A stretch of 64,000 nt of DNA from Candidatus Flemingiibacterium sp. (GTDB taxonomy: Bacteria; Bacillota; Clostridia; Oscillospirales; CAG-272). The stretch covers positions 23,967 through 87,966 of the forward strand of contig JAZNKS010000050.1 in the NCBI GenBank assembly GCA_045578725.1, read 5' to 3'. The position numbers and the translations under genes are program-made. Shown one piece after another: positions 33,335-47,100 of this stretch. How positions within the stretch are numbered: position 1 is the first letter of the stretch; the number at the start of each line of letters is the position of its first letter. The notes beneath the pieces were generated by a model. That model worked only from the letters and a program-made list of their open reading frames with translations. It did not search any database and was not told the origin of the DNA.

Positions 33335-34987
33335 ATGGCTATCGAAGCATCCAACTTCATAGAAGAATTCATCAACGAAGATCTCGCCTCCGGCAAGGTG
33401 GAGAAGGTTCACACCCGCTTCCCGCCGGAGCCCAACGGCTATCTTCATATCGGCCACTGCAAGGCCATCACCATCGATTTCGGAACCGCCAAAAAGTACG
33501 GCGGCCTCTGCAATCTCCGCATGGATGACACCAATCCTGCCAAGGAAGACACCGAGTATGTCGATGCCATCAAGGAGGATATCCATTGGCTCGGCTTTGA
33601 CTGGGAGGACCGCTTCTTCTATGGCTCCGACTATTTTGACAAGGACTACGAATACGCCGTTGAGCTGATCAAAAAGGGCCTTGCATATGTCTGCGAGCTG
33701 ACTCCCGATCAGATGGACGAATACCGCGGCGACCTGACCCATCCGGCCAAATCTCCCTGGCGCGACCGTCCGATGGAGGAGAGCCTCGATCTCTTCGCCC
33801 GCATGAAGGATGGCGAATTCCCGGACGGCAAATACACCCTGCGTGCCAAGATCGATCTGGCATCCGGCAACTTCTGGATGCGCGACCCGGTCATTTACCG
33901 CATCAAGCATATGCCCCACCACCGCTACGGCGACAAGTGGTGCATCTATCCCACCTATGACTTTGCTCATCCGATTCAGGATGCGCTGGAGGGCATCACC
34001 CATTCCCTCTGCTCGCTGGAATTTGAAATCCACCGCCCGCTCTATAACTGGGTCATCGAGAACGTCAGCGTTCCGCACACGCCCCGTCAGATCGAATTCG
34101 CCCGTCTGAACATTACCAACACCGTTCTCTCCAAGCGCTTCCTGCGCTCCATGGTCGAAAGCGGTACGGTTGACGGCTGGGACGATCCCCGTATGCCCAC
34201 CCTCTGCGGCCTCCGCCGCCGCGGCTATACCGGTGCCTCCATCCTCGATTTCTGCTCCCGTGTCGGCGTTGCCAAGGCCAACAGCCTGGTCGATATCCGC
34301 CTGCTGGAGGCCTGCATCCGCGATGAGCTGAACGAAAGTGCTCCCCGCCGTGTAGCCATCCTCAATCCCATCAAGGTGATCGTGGACAACTATCCGGCCG
34401 ATAAGGAGGAAATCTTCGAGCTTCCCAACCATCCGCAGCATCCCGAAATGGGCACCCGCCCGGTGAAGTTCACCCGCGAGCTGTATATCGATGCCGAGGA
34501 CTTCGCCGAGGTTCCGCCTCCCAAGTTCTTCCGCATGAAGCCGGACGGCGAGGTCCGCCTCATGGGCGCCTACATCGTCAAGTGCGGCGAGATCGTCAAA
34601 AATGAGGACGGCACCGTCAAGGAAATCCATTGCACCGCCGATCTGGAAACCGGCAACGGCAATCCGGTTGACGGCCGCAAGATCAAGGGCACCATCCATT
34701 GGCTCTCCGCCGCCAATACCGTGGATGCCGATGTTGTTCTGTACGAGAATCTGCTGACGCTGGAGGATCCCTCCAAGCTCCCCGACGACAAGGAATATAC
34801 CGACTATCTGAATCCCGAATCCGCCACAGTTCTCCGCAGCTGCAAGCTGGAGCCCGCCTGTGCCGATGCAAAGCCCGGCGACAAATTCCAGTTCGTCCGT
34901 ACCGGCTATTTCTGCATGGACACCAAGCATCCCGGCACCTTCAACCGGATCGTAACGCTGAAGGACGGCTACAAGCCGGGCAAATAA
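33335..34987 (+). CDS. glnS: glutamine--tRNA ligase
   Basis: TRFPPEPNGYLHIGH and VLSKR, with the GlnRS-type C-terminal beta-barrel region. Confidence 0.92.
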   Translation: MAIEASNFIEEFINEDLASGKVEKVHTRFPPEPNGYLHIGHCKAITIDFGTAKKYGGLCNLRMDDTNPAKEDTEYVDAIKEDIHWLGFDWEDRFFYGSDYFDKDYEYAVELIKKGLAYVCELTPDQMDEYRGDLTHPAKSPWRDRPMEESLDLFARMKDGEFPDGKYTLRAKIDLASGNFWMRDPVIYRIKHMPHHRYGDKWCIYPTYDFAHPIQDALEGITHSLCSLEFEIHRPLYNWVIENVSVPHTPRQIEFARLNITNTVLSKRFLRSMVESGTVDGWDDPRMPTLCGLRRRGYTGASILDFCSRVGVAKANSLVDIRLLEACIRDELNESAPRRVAILNPIKVIVDNYPADKEEIFELPNHPQHPEMGTRPVKFTRELYIDAEDFAEVPPPKFFRMKPDGEVRLMGAYIVKCGEIVKNEDGTVKEIHCTADLETGNGNPVDGRKIKGTIHWLSAANTVDADVVLYENLLTLEDPSKLPDDKEYTDYLNPESATVLRSCKLEPACADAKPGDKFQFVRTGYFCMDTKHPGTFNRIVTLKDGYKPGK

Positions 34988-35011
34988 TTCGTTAGAAAGA
35001 AGGCATATCCC

Positions 35012-36295
35012 ATGTCCTATAAAATCAATACCAACTGCGTGCAGGCAGGCTACACTCCCAAGAACGGTGAGCCGCGCGTTCTGCCGATCGTCCAGTCCAC
35101 CACCTACAAGTATGAATCCAGCGAGCAGATGGGCCGTCTGTTCGATCTGTCCGAGAGCGGCTACTTCTACACCCGCCTTCAGAATCCGACCAACGATGCC
35201 GTCGCAAACAAGATCTGTACCCTTGAGGGCGGTGTGGCCGCCATGCTGACCTCCTCCGGTCAGGCCGCCACCTTCTATTCGCTGTTCAACATCGTCAGCG
35301 CCGGCGATCATATTGTCGCCTCCTCTGCGATCTATGGCGGCAGCTTCAATCTGATCGCTGTCACCATGAAGCGGATGGGAATCGAAACCACCTTCGTGCA
35401 TCCCGATATCACCGAGGAGGAGCTGGAAGCGACCTTCCGTCCCAACACCAAGGCGGTCTTTGCCGAAACCCTGGCCAATCCCGCGCTGGTGGTTCTCGAC
35501 ATCGAGAAGTTTGCCCGTCAGGCGCACGCTCACGGCTGCCCGCTGATCGTGGACAACACCTTCCCCACCCCTATCAACTGCCGCCCCTTTGAATTCGGCG
35601 CGGATATCGTCACCCATTCGACCACCAAATACATGGACGGTCACGCCACCGCCGTCGGCGGCTGCATCGTGGATTCCGGCAATTTTGACTGGATGGCCCA
35701 CGCCGACCGTTTCCCCGGTATGACTACGCCCGACGATTCCTATCACGGTGTCACCTACGCCAAGGACTTCGGCAAGGCCGGCTACATCACCAAGGCGACC
35801 GCCCAGCTGATGCGCGATTTCGGCTCGATCCAGTCGCCGCAGAACGCCTTCCTGCTGAACATGGGTCTGGAAACGCTGGCTCTGCGCGTGGAGCGCCATT
35901 GCTCCAATGCTCTGACGGTTGCGAAGTTCCTCGAAGCCCATCCCGGCGTATCGTGGGTCAACTATCCGGGTCTTGCCTCCAGCCCGTACTACGCGCTGGC
36001 GCAGAAGTATCTGCCAAACGGCTCCTCCGGCGTTGTATCCTTCGGTGTCAAGGGCGGCCGCGAGGCAGCTACCGTCTTCATGGACAGCCTGAAGCTCGGT
36101 GCCATCGTCACCCATGTTGCCGATGCCCGCACCTGCCTGCTCCATCCTGCCTCCACCACCCACCGTCAGATGACCGATGAACAGCTCTATGCCGCCGGTG
36201 TCACCCCCGATCTGATCCGTCTTTCGGTCGGCATCGAGGATGTATCCGACATCATCGCCGACATCGAACAGGCTCTTGCCAAGGTAAACAAGTAA
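35012..36295 (+). CDS. metY: O-acetylhomoserine aminocarboxypropyltransferase / sulfhydrylase (Cys/Met-metabolism PLP enzyme)
   Basis: STTKYMDGH PLP-lysine motif. 427 aa, and an N-terminus typical of MetY/CysD. Confidence 0.88.
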   Translation: MSYKINTNCVQAGYTPKNGEPRVLPIVQSTTYKYESSEQMGRLFDLSESGYFYTRLQNPTNDAVANKICTLEGGVAAMLTSSGQAATFYSLFNIVSAGDHIVASSAIYGGSFNLIAVTMKRMGIETTFVHPDITEEELEATFRPNTKAVFAETLANPALVVLDIEKFARQAHAHGCPLIVDNTFPTPINCRPFEFGADIVTHSTTKYMDGHATAVGGCIVDSGNFDWMAHADRFPGMTTPDDSYHGVTYAKDFGKAGYITKATAQLMRDFGSIQSPQNAFLLNMGLETLALRVERHCSNALTVAKFLEAHPGVSWVNYPGLASSPYYALAQKYLPNGSSGVVSFGVKGGREAATVFMDSLKLGAIVTHVADARTCLLHPASTTHRQMTDEQLYAAGVTPDLIRLSVGIEDVSDIIADIEQALAKVNK

Positions 36296-36304
36296 GCACA
36301 GCCA

Positions 36305-36334
36305 ATCTCCCCTTTCCGCAAAGGGGAGATTTTT
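36305..36334 (+). terminator. rho-independent terminator after metY
   Basis: ATCTCCCCTTT-CCGC-AAAGGGGAGAT followed by TTTT. Confidence 0.7.
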
Positions 36335-36350
36335 GCAGAAAGGAATCATC

Positions 36351-37385
36351 ATGAAACAGATCACTCTCGGCTCCACCGGCATCGTCACACCGCAGAATGC
36401 CTTCGGTGCCCTTCCCGTCCAGCGGGACGATATGGAAACCGCCATCCGCATCCTCCGCCGCGCCTTTGCGGGCGGCATGACCTTCTTTGATACCGCCCGC
36501 GCCTATTCGGACAGCGAGGAAAAGATCGGCAATGCCCTCTCCGATGTCCGCGGCCGGATTCATATCGCCACCAAGACCGGCGCCCGGACTCCCGATGAAA
36601 TGAAGCAGCATCTGGAAACCTCGCTCAGACTTCTGAAGACCGATCATGTTGATATTTATCAGTTTCACTGTGCCGGCCGCGTCTTCGCGCCCGGCGACGG
36701 AAGCGGAATGTACGAATGCATGGAGGATTTCAAACGTCAGGGCATGATCCGCCACATCGGCATCACCGCCCACAAAATCGGCATTGCCGAGGATGCGGTG
36801 AAATCCGGCCTCTATGAAACGCTTCAGTTCCCGCTGAGCTATCTCTCCGGCCCGCGCGAGATTGCGCTGGTCGAGCTCTGCCGCGAGCGCAATGTCGGCT
36901 TCATCGCCATGAAGGCCCTCGCCGGCGGTCTGATCACCGATTCGGCAGCCGCGTTTGCCTACATTTCCCAGTTTGACAATGTTCTCCCCATCTGGGGCAT
37001 TCAGCATGAGCATGAATTGGAGGAATGGCTCGCCTTCATGGATCGACCGGCCGTCCTTGATGAGGCGATGCTGGCCCGGATCGAGGCCGACAAAGCCGGA
37101 CTCGGCGGTGATTTCTGCCGGGGATGCGGCTACTGTATGCCCTGCCCGCAGGAGATCGTCATCAATCAATGCGCCCGGATGTCGCTGATGATCCGCCGCG
37201 CACCGACTGTCAGCTGGCTCTCCGAGCCGTGGCAGGCGGAAATGTGCAAGATCGATACCTGCATCGAATGCGGTGCCTGCATGACCCGGTGCCCCTATGA
37301 GCTTCCGATCCCCTCACTTCTCAAAAAGAACCGGGACGATTATTTTGCCGTCCTCGCCGAAAAAGAAGGCTCCGGAGACCGGTAA
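36351..37385 (+). CDS. aldo/keto reductase with C-terminal 4Fe-4S ferredoxin-type cysteine motifs
   Basis: AKR N-terminus (FDTARAYSDSE) and C-terminal CRGCGYCMPCP and CIECGACMTRCP. The ATG at 36351 was chosen because the TTG at 36333 lies in the terminator T-run. Confidence 0.8.
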   Translation: MKQITLGSTGIVTPQNAFGALPVQRDDMETAIRILRRAFAGGMTFFDTARAYSDSEEKIGNALSDVRGRIHIATKTGARTPDEMKQHLETSLRLLKTDHVDIYQFHCAGRVFAPGDGSGMYECMEDFKRQGMIRHIGITAHKIGIAEDAVKSGLYETLQFPLSYLSGPREIALVELCRERNVGFIAMKALAGGLITDSAAAFAYISQFDNVLPIWGIQHEHELEEWLAFMDRPAVLDEAMLARIEADKAGLGGDFCRGCGYCMPCPQEIVINQCARMSLMIRRAPTVSWLSEPWQAEMCKIDTCIECGACMTRCPYELPIPSLLKKNRDDYFAVLAEKEGSGDR

Positions 37386-37420
37386 AAACGTACTTTTATC
37401 TGTAAGTTCATCCCAAACCC

Positions 37421-37449
37421 TTGACGTTTTTCCCAATCCGGAGTAGAAT
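37421..37449 (+). promoter_or_regulatory. sigmaA-type promoter of the solute-binding protein gene
   Basis: TTGACG, 17 nt, TAGAAT. Confidence 0.5.
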
Positions 37450-37483
37450 GAAGGTGAACATAAATAATCAAGGAGATTCTGCT

Positions 37484-38980
37484 ATGAAACCTTCCCGTTT
37501 TATCAGTCCGGTTCTCATGCTCGCACTCATTCTCACGCAGTTTGCCGCCTGCGGAGGATCGGAATCAACCGATGACACGAGCACGCCCGATCCGGTTATC
37601 CGGGAGGATACCACCGCTCCCGCCGAAGAGCCTGAATATATCGCTCCTGTGGTGGATTATGAGGGCAAAACCTTCACGCTCGGCACCCTTCATCTCGATC
37701 TTTCCTACGCTATCGCCGATTATCAGATCATCAGCCACGACGAGGAAACCGGCGATGTCATCAACGATGCCATCATCCGGATGACCCGTCAGGTTGAGGA
37801 GGAGCTGAACGTCAATTTGGAGCTGATTGACATCGGCGGTGTCGCCGAGCGCAATTCCGCCGAACGCATCACCACGCCGATTTATGCCGATGAGGATGTC
37901 ATGCAGGCCGCTCTGCCGCTGACAGCGGCCCTTCCCGGGCTTCTGTCTGTTCCCTCTCTGCTGTATGACCTCAATGACATCCCAACGCTTAATCTCTCCC
38001 ACAGCTGGTGGGATCCGAACTCGGTGGAGGAATACAACATCGGCGGCAAGCAGTATACCGTGATCGGTGACCTCTGCCTCTATCACAAGGGCGCGCCGGT
38101 TGTCACCTTCTTCAACAAGCAGCTGGTTGAATCCCTCTCGCTGGAGAATCCCTATCAGATCGTCTATGACGGCAAATGGACGCTGGACAAGATGATCGAG
38201 CTTGCAACCGCAGCCGCCAGCGATCTCAACGGCGACCAGAAGGTGGACAAGGATGACCGGTTCGGCATCATCAGCGAAGCCAGCGGTCTGTCCTATCTGC
38301 TGATCGGTGCCGGCGTGGATTATTCCAGACGCAGCGGGGATGAAATCGAAATGGCCCTCTATTCGGAGAAGGCCGCCTCGATTGTCGAAAAGATGATTCC
38401 CTTCTTACGCACGAAAGACATCGCCATGGTTGACGCCGATTGGAGCTCCGGCTACAATGAGGTCTTCGGTGAGCTGTTCACACCGACCTTCATGGAAAAC
38501 CGTGCGCTGTTCTTCTCCAACCAGCTTCTGCTGGCGCTGGATTTCCGTGCCATGCAGGCCGATTTCGGCGTGCTTCCGATGCCGAAATACGATGAGGAGC
38601 AGGAGGGCTACCACATTGCGACCAATGACTGGTGGTGCGACAATCTGATCGTGCCGGCCACCAACCGCGATCTTGAGATGACCGGCCATGTGCTGGAAGC
38701 CATGGGCTATTACAGCCAGCAGTATGTCACCAAGGGCTTCATCGACACCACGGTGCTGGGCAAGTCGGTGCGCGACGAGGATTCGGCAAAAATGGTCGAG
38801 CTTATTCTGGACAGCCAGTATTACGATATCGCCTGCCTCTTTGACTGGGGCGGAATCGCACCGAAGCTCCGCACCATGTTCAACGACAAGGATACCAACC
38901 TTGCCTCCAACTATGCCGCAATTGAATCGCAGATCGAAGCCGCCATGGAAAAAACCATGGACGAGCTGCTCGGCGGCTGA
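37484..38980 (+). CDS. extracellular solute-binding lipoprotein (large family-1 ABC sugar-binding type), orphan
   Basis: Signal peptide with lipobox LTQFAAC. About 500 aa with a sugar-SBP-like composition. No permease or ATPase gene is adjacent. Confidence 0.7.
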   Translation: MKPSRFISPVLMLALILTQFAACGGSESTDDTSTPDPVIREDTTAPAEEPEYIAPVVDYEGKTFTLGTLHLDLSYAIADYQIISHDEETGDVINDAIIRMTRQVEEELNVNLELIDIGGVAERNSAERITTPIYADEDVMQAALPLTAALPGLLSVPSLLYDLNDIPTLNLSHSWWDPNSVEEYNIGGKQYTVIGDLCLYHKGAPVVTFFNKQLVESLSLENPYQIVYDGKWTLDKMIELATAAASDLNGDQKVDKDDRFGIISEASGLSYLLIGAGVDYSRRSGDEIEMALYSEKAASIVEKMIPFLRTKDIAMVDADWSSGYNEVFGELFTPTFMENRALFFSNQLLLALDFRAMQADFGVLPMPKYDEEQEGYHIATNDWWCDNLIVPATNRDLEMTGHVLEAMGYYSQQYVTKGFIDTTVLGKSVRDEDSAKMVELILDSQYYDIACLFDWGGIAPKLRTMFNDKDTNLASNYAAIESQIEAAMEKTMDELLGG

Positions 38981-38998
38981 TTTTCACGCAAAATATCC

Positions 38999-39031
38999 GG
39001 GGAACCTGTTCTTGGGACGGGTTCCCTTTTT
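38999..39031 (+). terminator. rho-independent terminator after the SBP gene
   Basis: GGGGAACC ... GGTTCCC stem followed by TTTTT. Confidence 0.6.
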
Positions 39032-39200
39032 GTTCTGCAAAAAAAATTCGGAATTCATCGGAAAACAGCTGAAAGTTTACAATTATTTATAGCAATTTGA
39101 GAAAAAATATAGTATACTATTTATAAGTATACTTTTGCGCCCCCCTGCGGGATGCAGTTATCATAAAAAACACATCAAATCAACATCATGGAGAAGAAAT

Positions 39201-41996
<2,796 letters not shown>

Positions 41997-41998
41997 TT

Positions 41999-42664
41999 AT
42001 GGGCTTCGGATTTCTCTTTCTCGGCTATTTCTTCCTGTTCAGCCTGTCAAACGGCGGCTTTGACATGATCCCCGATATTCTCGGCTTTCTGATCATGTAC
42101 AAGGGAATGCGGCTTCTTTGCAATGCCTGTCCCGACAACCGGCCGCTCGGCTATGCCAAATGGACCATGATGGGTCTGATCGCCTTTTCCGGCGTGATTC
42201 TGGTCACACAGCTGATCGGCCTGTTCGCCGCATCCCCGCTTCCCGCGGGTGTGACGAACTGGCTGATCGCACCGCTGAATCTTCTCTACAGTCTGGCAAT
42301 CGGCGGATGGCACATTCTCTTCTTCTGGGGCATCTATCTTCTGGCCGTTCAGATTGAGCTGCCGAAGATTTCCCGGAAGGCCCGCCGCAATCTGGCGCTC
42401 ACCGCCGTTTATTATCTTCTGACGCTGATTTCCAAGACCGGCCTCTTCCGCTTCATCGCCGAACACCTTTCCTCGCCGGATGCCGCCATGAGCTATATGA
42501 ATTTCGCGCTCTGGCTGCTCGGATGCCTCTGGCTCCTCTTCAATATCACCTCGCTCTTCTCCTGCTATATGTGGATCTGCCTTGAGGGCGATGAGGATAT
42601 GCCCGTCCGCACGCCCGATCCCTTTGACCGCATCACGGACAAGTTCAAATCGGGCCGCAAATAA
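41999..42664 (+). CDS. hypothetical polytopic membrane protein (shares an N-terminal motif with the next gene)
   Basis: 221 aa with about 6 hydrophobic helices. It starts 2 nt after the secA stop. Motif DMIPDILGFLIMYKGM. Confidence 0.6.
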   Translation: MGFGFLFLGYFFLFSLSNGGFDMIPDILGFLIMYKGMRLLCNACPDNRPLGYAKWTMMGLIAFSGVILVTQLIGLFAASPLPAGVTNWLIAPLNLLYSLAIGGWHILFFWGIYLLAVQIELPKISRKARRNLALTAVYYLLTLISKTGLFRFIAEHLSSPDAAMSYMNFALWLLGCLWLLFNITSLFSCYMWICLEGDEDMPVRTPDPFDRITDKFKSGRK

Positions 42665-42691
42665 TACCGATTTTCAGAAAAGGAAACCTTT

Positions 42692-44089
42692 ATGAAAAAC
42701 GTACATACCGCAGCCGCCGATCCCGCCAAAAAGCTGAATTTTCCCTGTCTGATCGCCGCCGCTGTTTTTCTCTTCAATCCCTGTCTGAATATTCTGGATC
42801 TTCTGCCGGATTTCTTCGGCATCCTGCTCCTGATGAAGGGTCTGTCCAAATGGGCGGATCTCTGCCCCGGTGTTGCCGATGCCCTTCAGGGCCTTGCAAA
42901 GCTCCGCTGGTTCCTTCTTCTGAAGGCCTTTGCGATGCTTCTGGTGCCGCTGGTGGACGATACCTATGTGCTGATTTTTACCTTCGCCTTCACGCTGATT
43001 GAATTCATCTATCTGCTTCCGGCCCTGGAGCGGATCTTTGACGGCTTTGAATATTTCGGTATGCGCTACAACAGCCGCGCCGTCTACATGAATCTGAAGA
43101 ATCTGCGGATGCTGACCAATCTGTTCTTCATCGGAAAGGGCGTACTGGTTGTTCTTCCGGAGCTCTGCTCGCTCTCCTCATTTGAGTATGACGGCTATGT
43201 CACCAGCGGTGTGCAGATCAACTTTGCAAGCTACAAGAGCGTGCTGATTCTCGGCGGCGCTCTCCTTTCCACGCTGATGGGTATCGTCTGGCTGGTCAAC
43301 ATTTTAGGCTGGCTGATGCGGATCGGCCGCGAAAAGCCCTTCCTCCAGCGTGTCAGCGATGCCTACGAAAATGAGATCGCCCAAAACAGCGGCCTTCTCA
43401 TCCGCCGGAATCTCCGCACCGTCTTCACGCTGATTCTGGTCGGCTTTGTATTCTTCCTCAATCTCTGGATGGATGGCATGAATGTCATCCCCACCGTAAT
43501 CGGAGCGGTTCTTCTGCTGCTTGCGCTGTTGTCTCTGAACCGGCGCTCGCCTGTATGCAAGGCCGCGCTCATACTGTTAGGAATCTTTGTCCTGATTTCG
43601 GGCGTTTCCTTCGGCATCTCCACCTGGTTCTCCGGCATCTACGGCCTGTCCGCCATCGAATACGATTATTTCGCCTATGAGCTCTACACAATCACGCAGA
43701 TCCTCTATGTGGCCGAATACATCCTCATGACGGCCGCCGTCTTCTTCCTGTACGGGGAGCTCCGCCGGCTGATCGGCGAGCATCTGGCACCGGCCGAAGG
43801 AATCCGCGACCGCCGTCTGACCGATTTCTATTCCAAGCAGCAGCAGGAAGCTCTGCGCGGCGTATCGGTCGGATTCATCGGTTTCCTGCTCTCGGCCATC
43901 ACCAACCTCGCCTACATTCTGACCCGTGTGAGTGCCCGGAACTATTTCATCGGACAGGGCCTTTTTATCGGCGAAGGCATCGTCCCCGATCTCTGGCTGA
44001 TTCCCTTTGTCATTACCCTCATCTGGCTGCTGTATACGATCAGCAATCTGAACCAGCTCTTTGAGCAGATTGAATACAAATATATGTAA
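42692..44089 (+). CDS. hypothetical polytopic membrane protein (paralogous N-terminal motif)
   Basis: 465 aa with many hydrophobic helices. Motif DLLPDFFGILLLMKGL. The RBS is AAAAGGAAA. Confidence 0.6.
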   Translation: MKNVHTAAADPAKKLNFPCLIAAAVFLFNPCLNILDLLPDFFGILLLMKGLSKWADLCPGVADALQGLAKLRWFLLLKAFAMLLVPLVDDTYVLIFTFAFTLIEFIYLLPALERIFDGFEYFGMRYNSRAVYMNLKNLRMLTNLFFIGKGVLVVLPELCSLSSFEYDGYVTSGVQINFASYKSVLILGGALLSTLMGIVWLVNILGWLMRIGREKPFLQRVSDAYENEIAQNSGLLIRRNLRTVFTLILVGFVFFLNLWMDGMNVIPTVIGAVLLLLALLSLNRRSPVCKAALILLGIFVLISGVSFGISTWFSGIYGLSAIEYDYFAYELYTITQILYVAEYILMTAAVFFLYGELRRLIGEHLAPAEGIRDRRLTDFYSKQQQEALRGVSVGFIGFLLSAITNLAYILTRVSARNYFIGQGLFIGEGIVPDLWLIPFVITLIWLLYTISNLNQLFEQIEYKYM

Positions 44090-44106
44090 AGGACGGAAAA
44101 GCATAC

Positions 44107-47100
44107 ATGAATACCTTTCTGACATCCCTTGAAAATCCGTCATCTGAATACCGGGGGCATCCCTTCTGGTCCTGGAATGACAAGCTCGATCCCGAGGAGC
44201 TCCGCCGCCAGATCCGCGAGATGAAGCGGGTCGGCCTCGGCGGCTACTTCATGCACGCCCGCGGCGGTCTGATTACCGAATATCTGTCCGACGAATGGTT
44301 TGAATGCATCCGAGCCTGCATAGACGAGGGCAAAAAGCTCGGCATGGAATCCTGGAGCTACGATGAGGACGGCTGGCCGTCCGGATTTGGCGGCGGCATC
44401 GTTTCCGGTATGGGCGACCGCTATCATGTCCGCTGGCTGGTCTGCGCGCCCTATGCAGGCCGCAAGCCCGAGGGGAAGGTTCTCGGCTACTGGGGTGTTG
44501 GCGCCTCCTCCTGCCGCTATCTCGGCGACAAAATCCGCGCCGCCCGCGCATCGGCCGCCGACGGGGAAACCGTCTATTATGTGGCCCACGAAAAGAACGG
44601 CGACTATGTGGATATTCTGAATCCGGAGGTTGTGCGCGAGTTTATCAAGTGCACCTACGAGGTCTACGCCGAGAAGCTCGGCGGCGATTTCGGCGGTCAG
44701 GCTATGCCCGGCTTCTTTACCGATGAGCCGCAGTTCTCCCGGTGCCAGATTCCGTGGTCCTATATCCTCCCGGAGGAATTTGAGAAGACCAACGGCTACA
44801 GCCCCATCGAAAAGCTTCCGCTTCTCTTCCTTGAGAAGGAGGGCTATGAAGCCTTCCGTTTCGATTTCTGGAAGGTCGTGAATCGCCTGTACACCGAATC
44901 CTTCGGCAAGCAGATTTATGATTGGTGCGAGCAGCACAACTGCAAATTCACCGGTCATGCCATGCTGGAAGATAACCTTTATTGCCAGATGAGCGCCTCC
45001 GCAGGCGTTATGCCGCTGTATGAGTATATGCACAATCCCGGCATGGACTGGCTGGGACGCCATATCGCAAGCCCGCTGATCCCCAAGCAGGTCGGCTCGG
45101 CCGCCCGCCAGCTCGGCAAGAAGCTGGTTCTGTCCGAAACCTTCGCCCTCTGCGGCTGGGATGTCAGCTTCGAGGAGCTTCGCTGGATCGCCGAATGGCA
45201 GTATCTGAACGGCATCAACTGGATGTGCCAGCATCTGGAGAGCTATTCGATCCGCGGCCTGCGCAAGCGCGATTATCCGCCGTCGATGTTCTACCAGTCG
45301 CCCTGGTGGGACGATTACAAGGCCTTCAACGATTATTTTGCGCGGCTTGGCAAGCTGTTTGCCGAGTCCGAGGAGGCAGCCGATGTTCTCCTCCTCCATC
45401 CGATGCACACCGGCTACATCGCCTACAACGGCGAAAATTCTCCGGCTGTTCAAAAATATGACCGCGAGCTTCTGCGGGCGCTGGATCTGCTCTCCAGCAA
45501 TCACATCGGCTATCATCTCGGCGATGAATCGATTCTCCGCCGCCACGGATCCGTCGAAAACGGCCTGTTCCGGGTCGGCCTCTGCACCTACAGGACGGTC
45601 ATCCTCCCCTCCATGCTCACGCTGGACTTGTCCACCTTTGCCCTGCTGAAGGAATTCTCGGCTGCAGGCGGACGAATCTGCTCCTTCGGCGAAAAGCCCT
45701 CCCTGCTGGACGGACGCCCCTGCGAGGAGCTGGTCCGCTTCATGGAAAGCGTTGAGGCGATTCCGGATGACGGGGAGTTATGTGTCACCGCCCTCACGAC
45801 GCTCGGCATCAAAACGCTGACCGTTTCCGACCGGAACGGCGAGATTCACGCCATCCATTGCCGTGTCAGCCATCTGCCCGACGGAAATACCGCCTATTTC
45901 TTCCAGAATCAGAACAAAGAGCAGGCCTACGATGCCCGCATCCTTCTTGACACAGCCGACCCGGCCGTCCGTCTCGCGCTGGAGGATATGAGCGTATCCC
46001 CGGCCGATACCATTACCGCCGGCGGCAAAACCGCTGTCTATCTGCATTTTGAGCCGATGCAGTCCCATCTGCTGCTCGCAGGAGACACGCTTCCGGCCGT
46101 TACTAAGAAGAACAAGCCTGCACTTGCCCTTCCGCTCTCACGCCAATGGTCGCTGGACGGCGGCGATGACAATGCGCTGACATTGGATACCTGCCAATAT
46201 ATCCTCGGCGGTGAAACCGAATATTCGGAGCCGCGCAGCATTCTGGATATCATGGAGCGCCTACTGGGCGAGCGCGCCAACGATAAGCTGAAGCTCCGCT
46301 TCACCTTCCGCGTAGACGAAAAGGCAGATCTTTCCGCCATGAAGAGCTTCTGTCTGGTATCCGAATTCACCGACGATTTCACAATCCGGCTCAACGGAAG
46401 CAAGCTGATCTGGGACGGCCATTCCTGGTGGAAGGATCGCGCCTTCAAGGCCTACGATATCCGCTACATGGTCAAGCCCGGCCTGAATGAAATCATCATC
46501 GACGGCAGCTTCTATCAGCGCGAGAAGGTTTATCAGGTTCTCTTCGGCGAGAACGTGCTGGAAACCGAGCGCAACAAGCTGACCTACGATACCGAGCTGG
46601 AAAGCCTCTATCTTGTCGGCGATTTCGGCGTCCTGTCCGAATCCGGCTATACCGAAGGCGCACGCCGCGCGCTGTTCACCGACGGCGGATTTGTCATCAC
46701 CGACCGTCCGCACACCTTCATCGGCGGTGATATCGTTCCGCAGGGCTATCCCTTCTTTGCCGGACGGATCCGCCTGTCGCAGGAGGTCCGGATCAAAAAG
46801 TCCTACGGCAAGCGCATCGCCCTCGAAATCCCCCGCCCGTATGCGGCTCTGGCCAATCTCTATGTCAACGACCGCTTTGTCAAGACCATGCTGTGGTCCG
46901 ATTACCGCGCCGATATCACCGACTTTACAGAGCCGGGCGAAAAGGCGAAGATCACGCTGGAGCTGGTCATCGGCAACCGCAATCTTCTCGGTCCGCACCA
47001 CAATCCGGTGGGCGAAGACTACAATGTTCACCCCGGCAGCTTCGCACCGCACGGAAACTACACCGCCGCCGGCTGGCGCGAGCGCTACTGTTTCGTCAAG

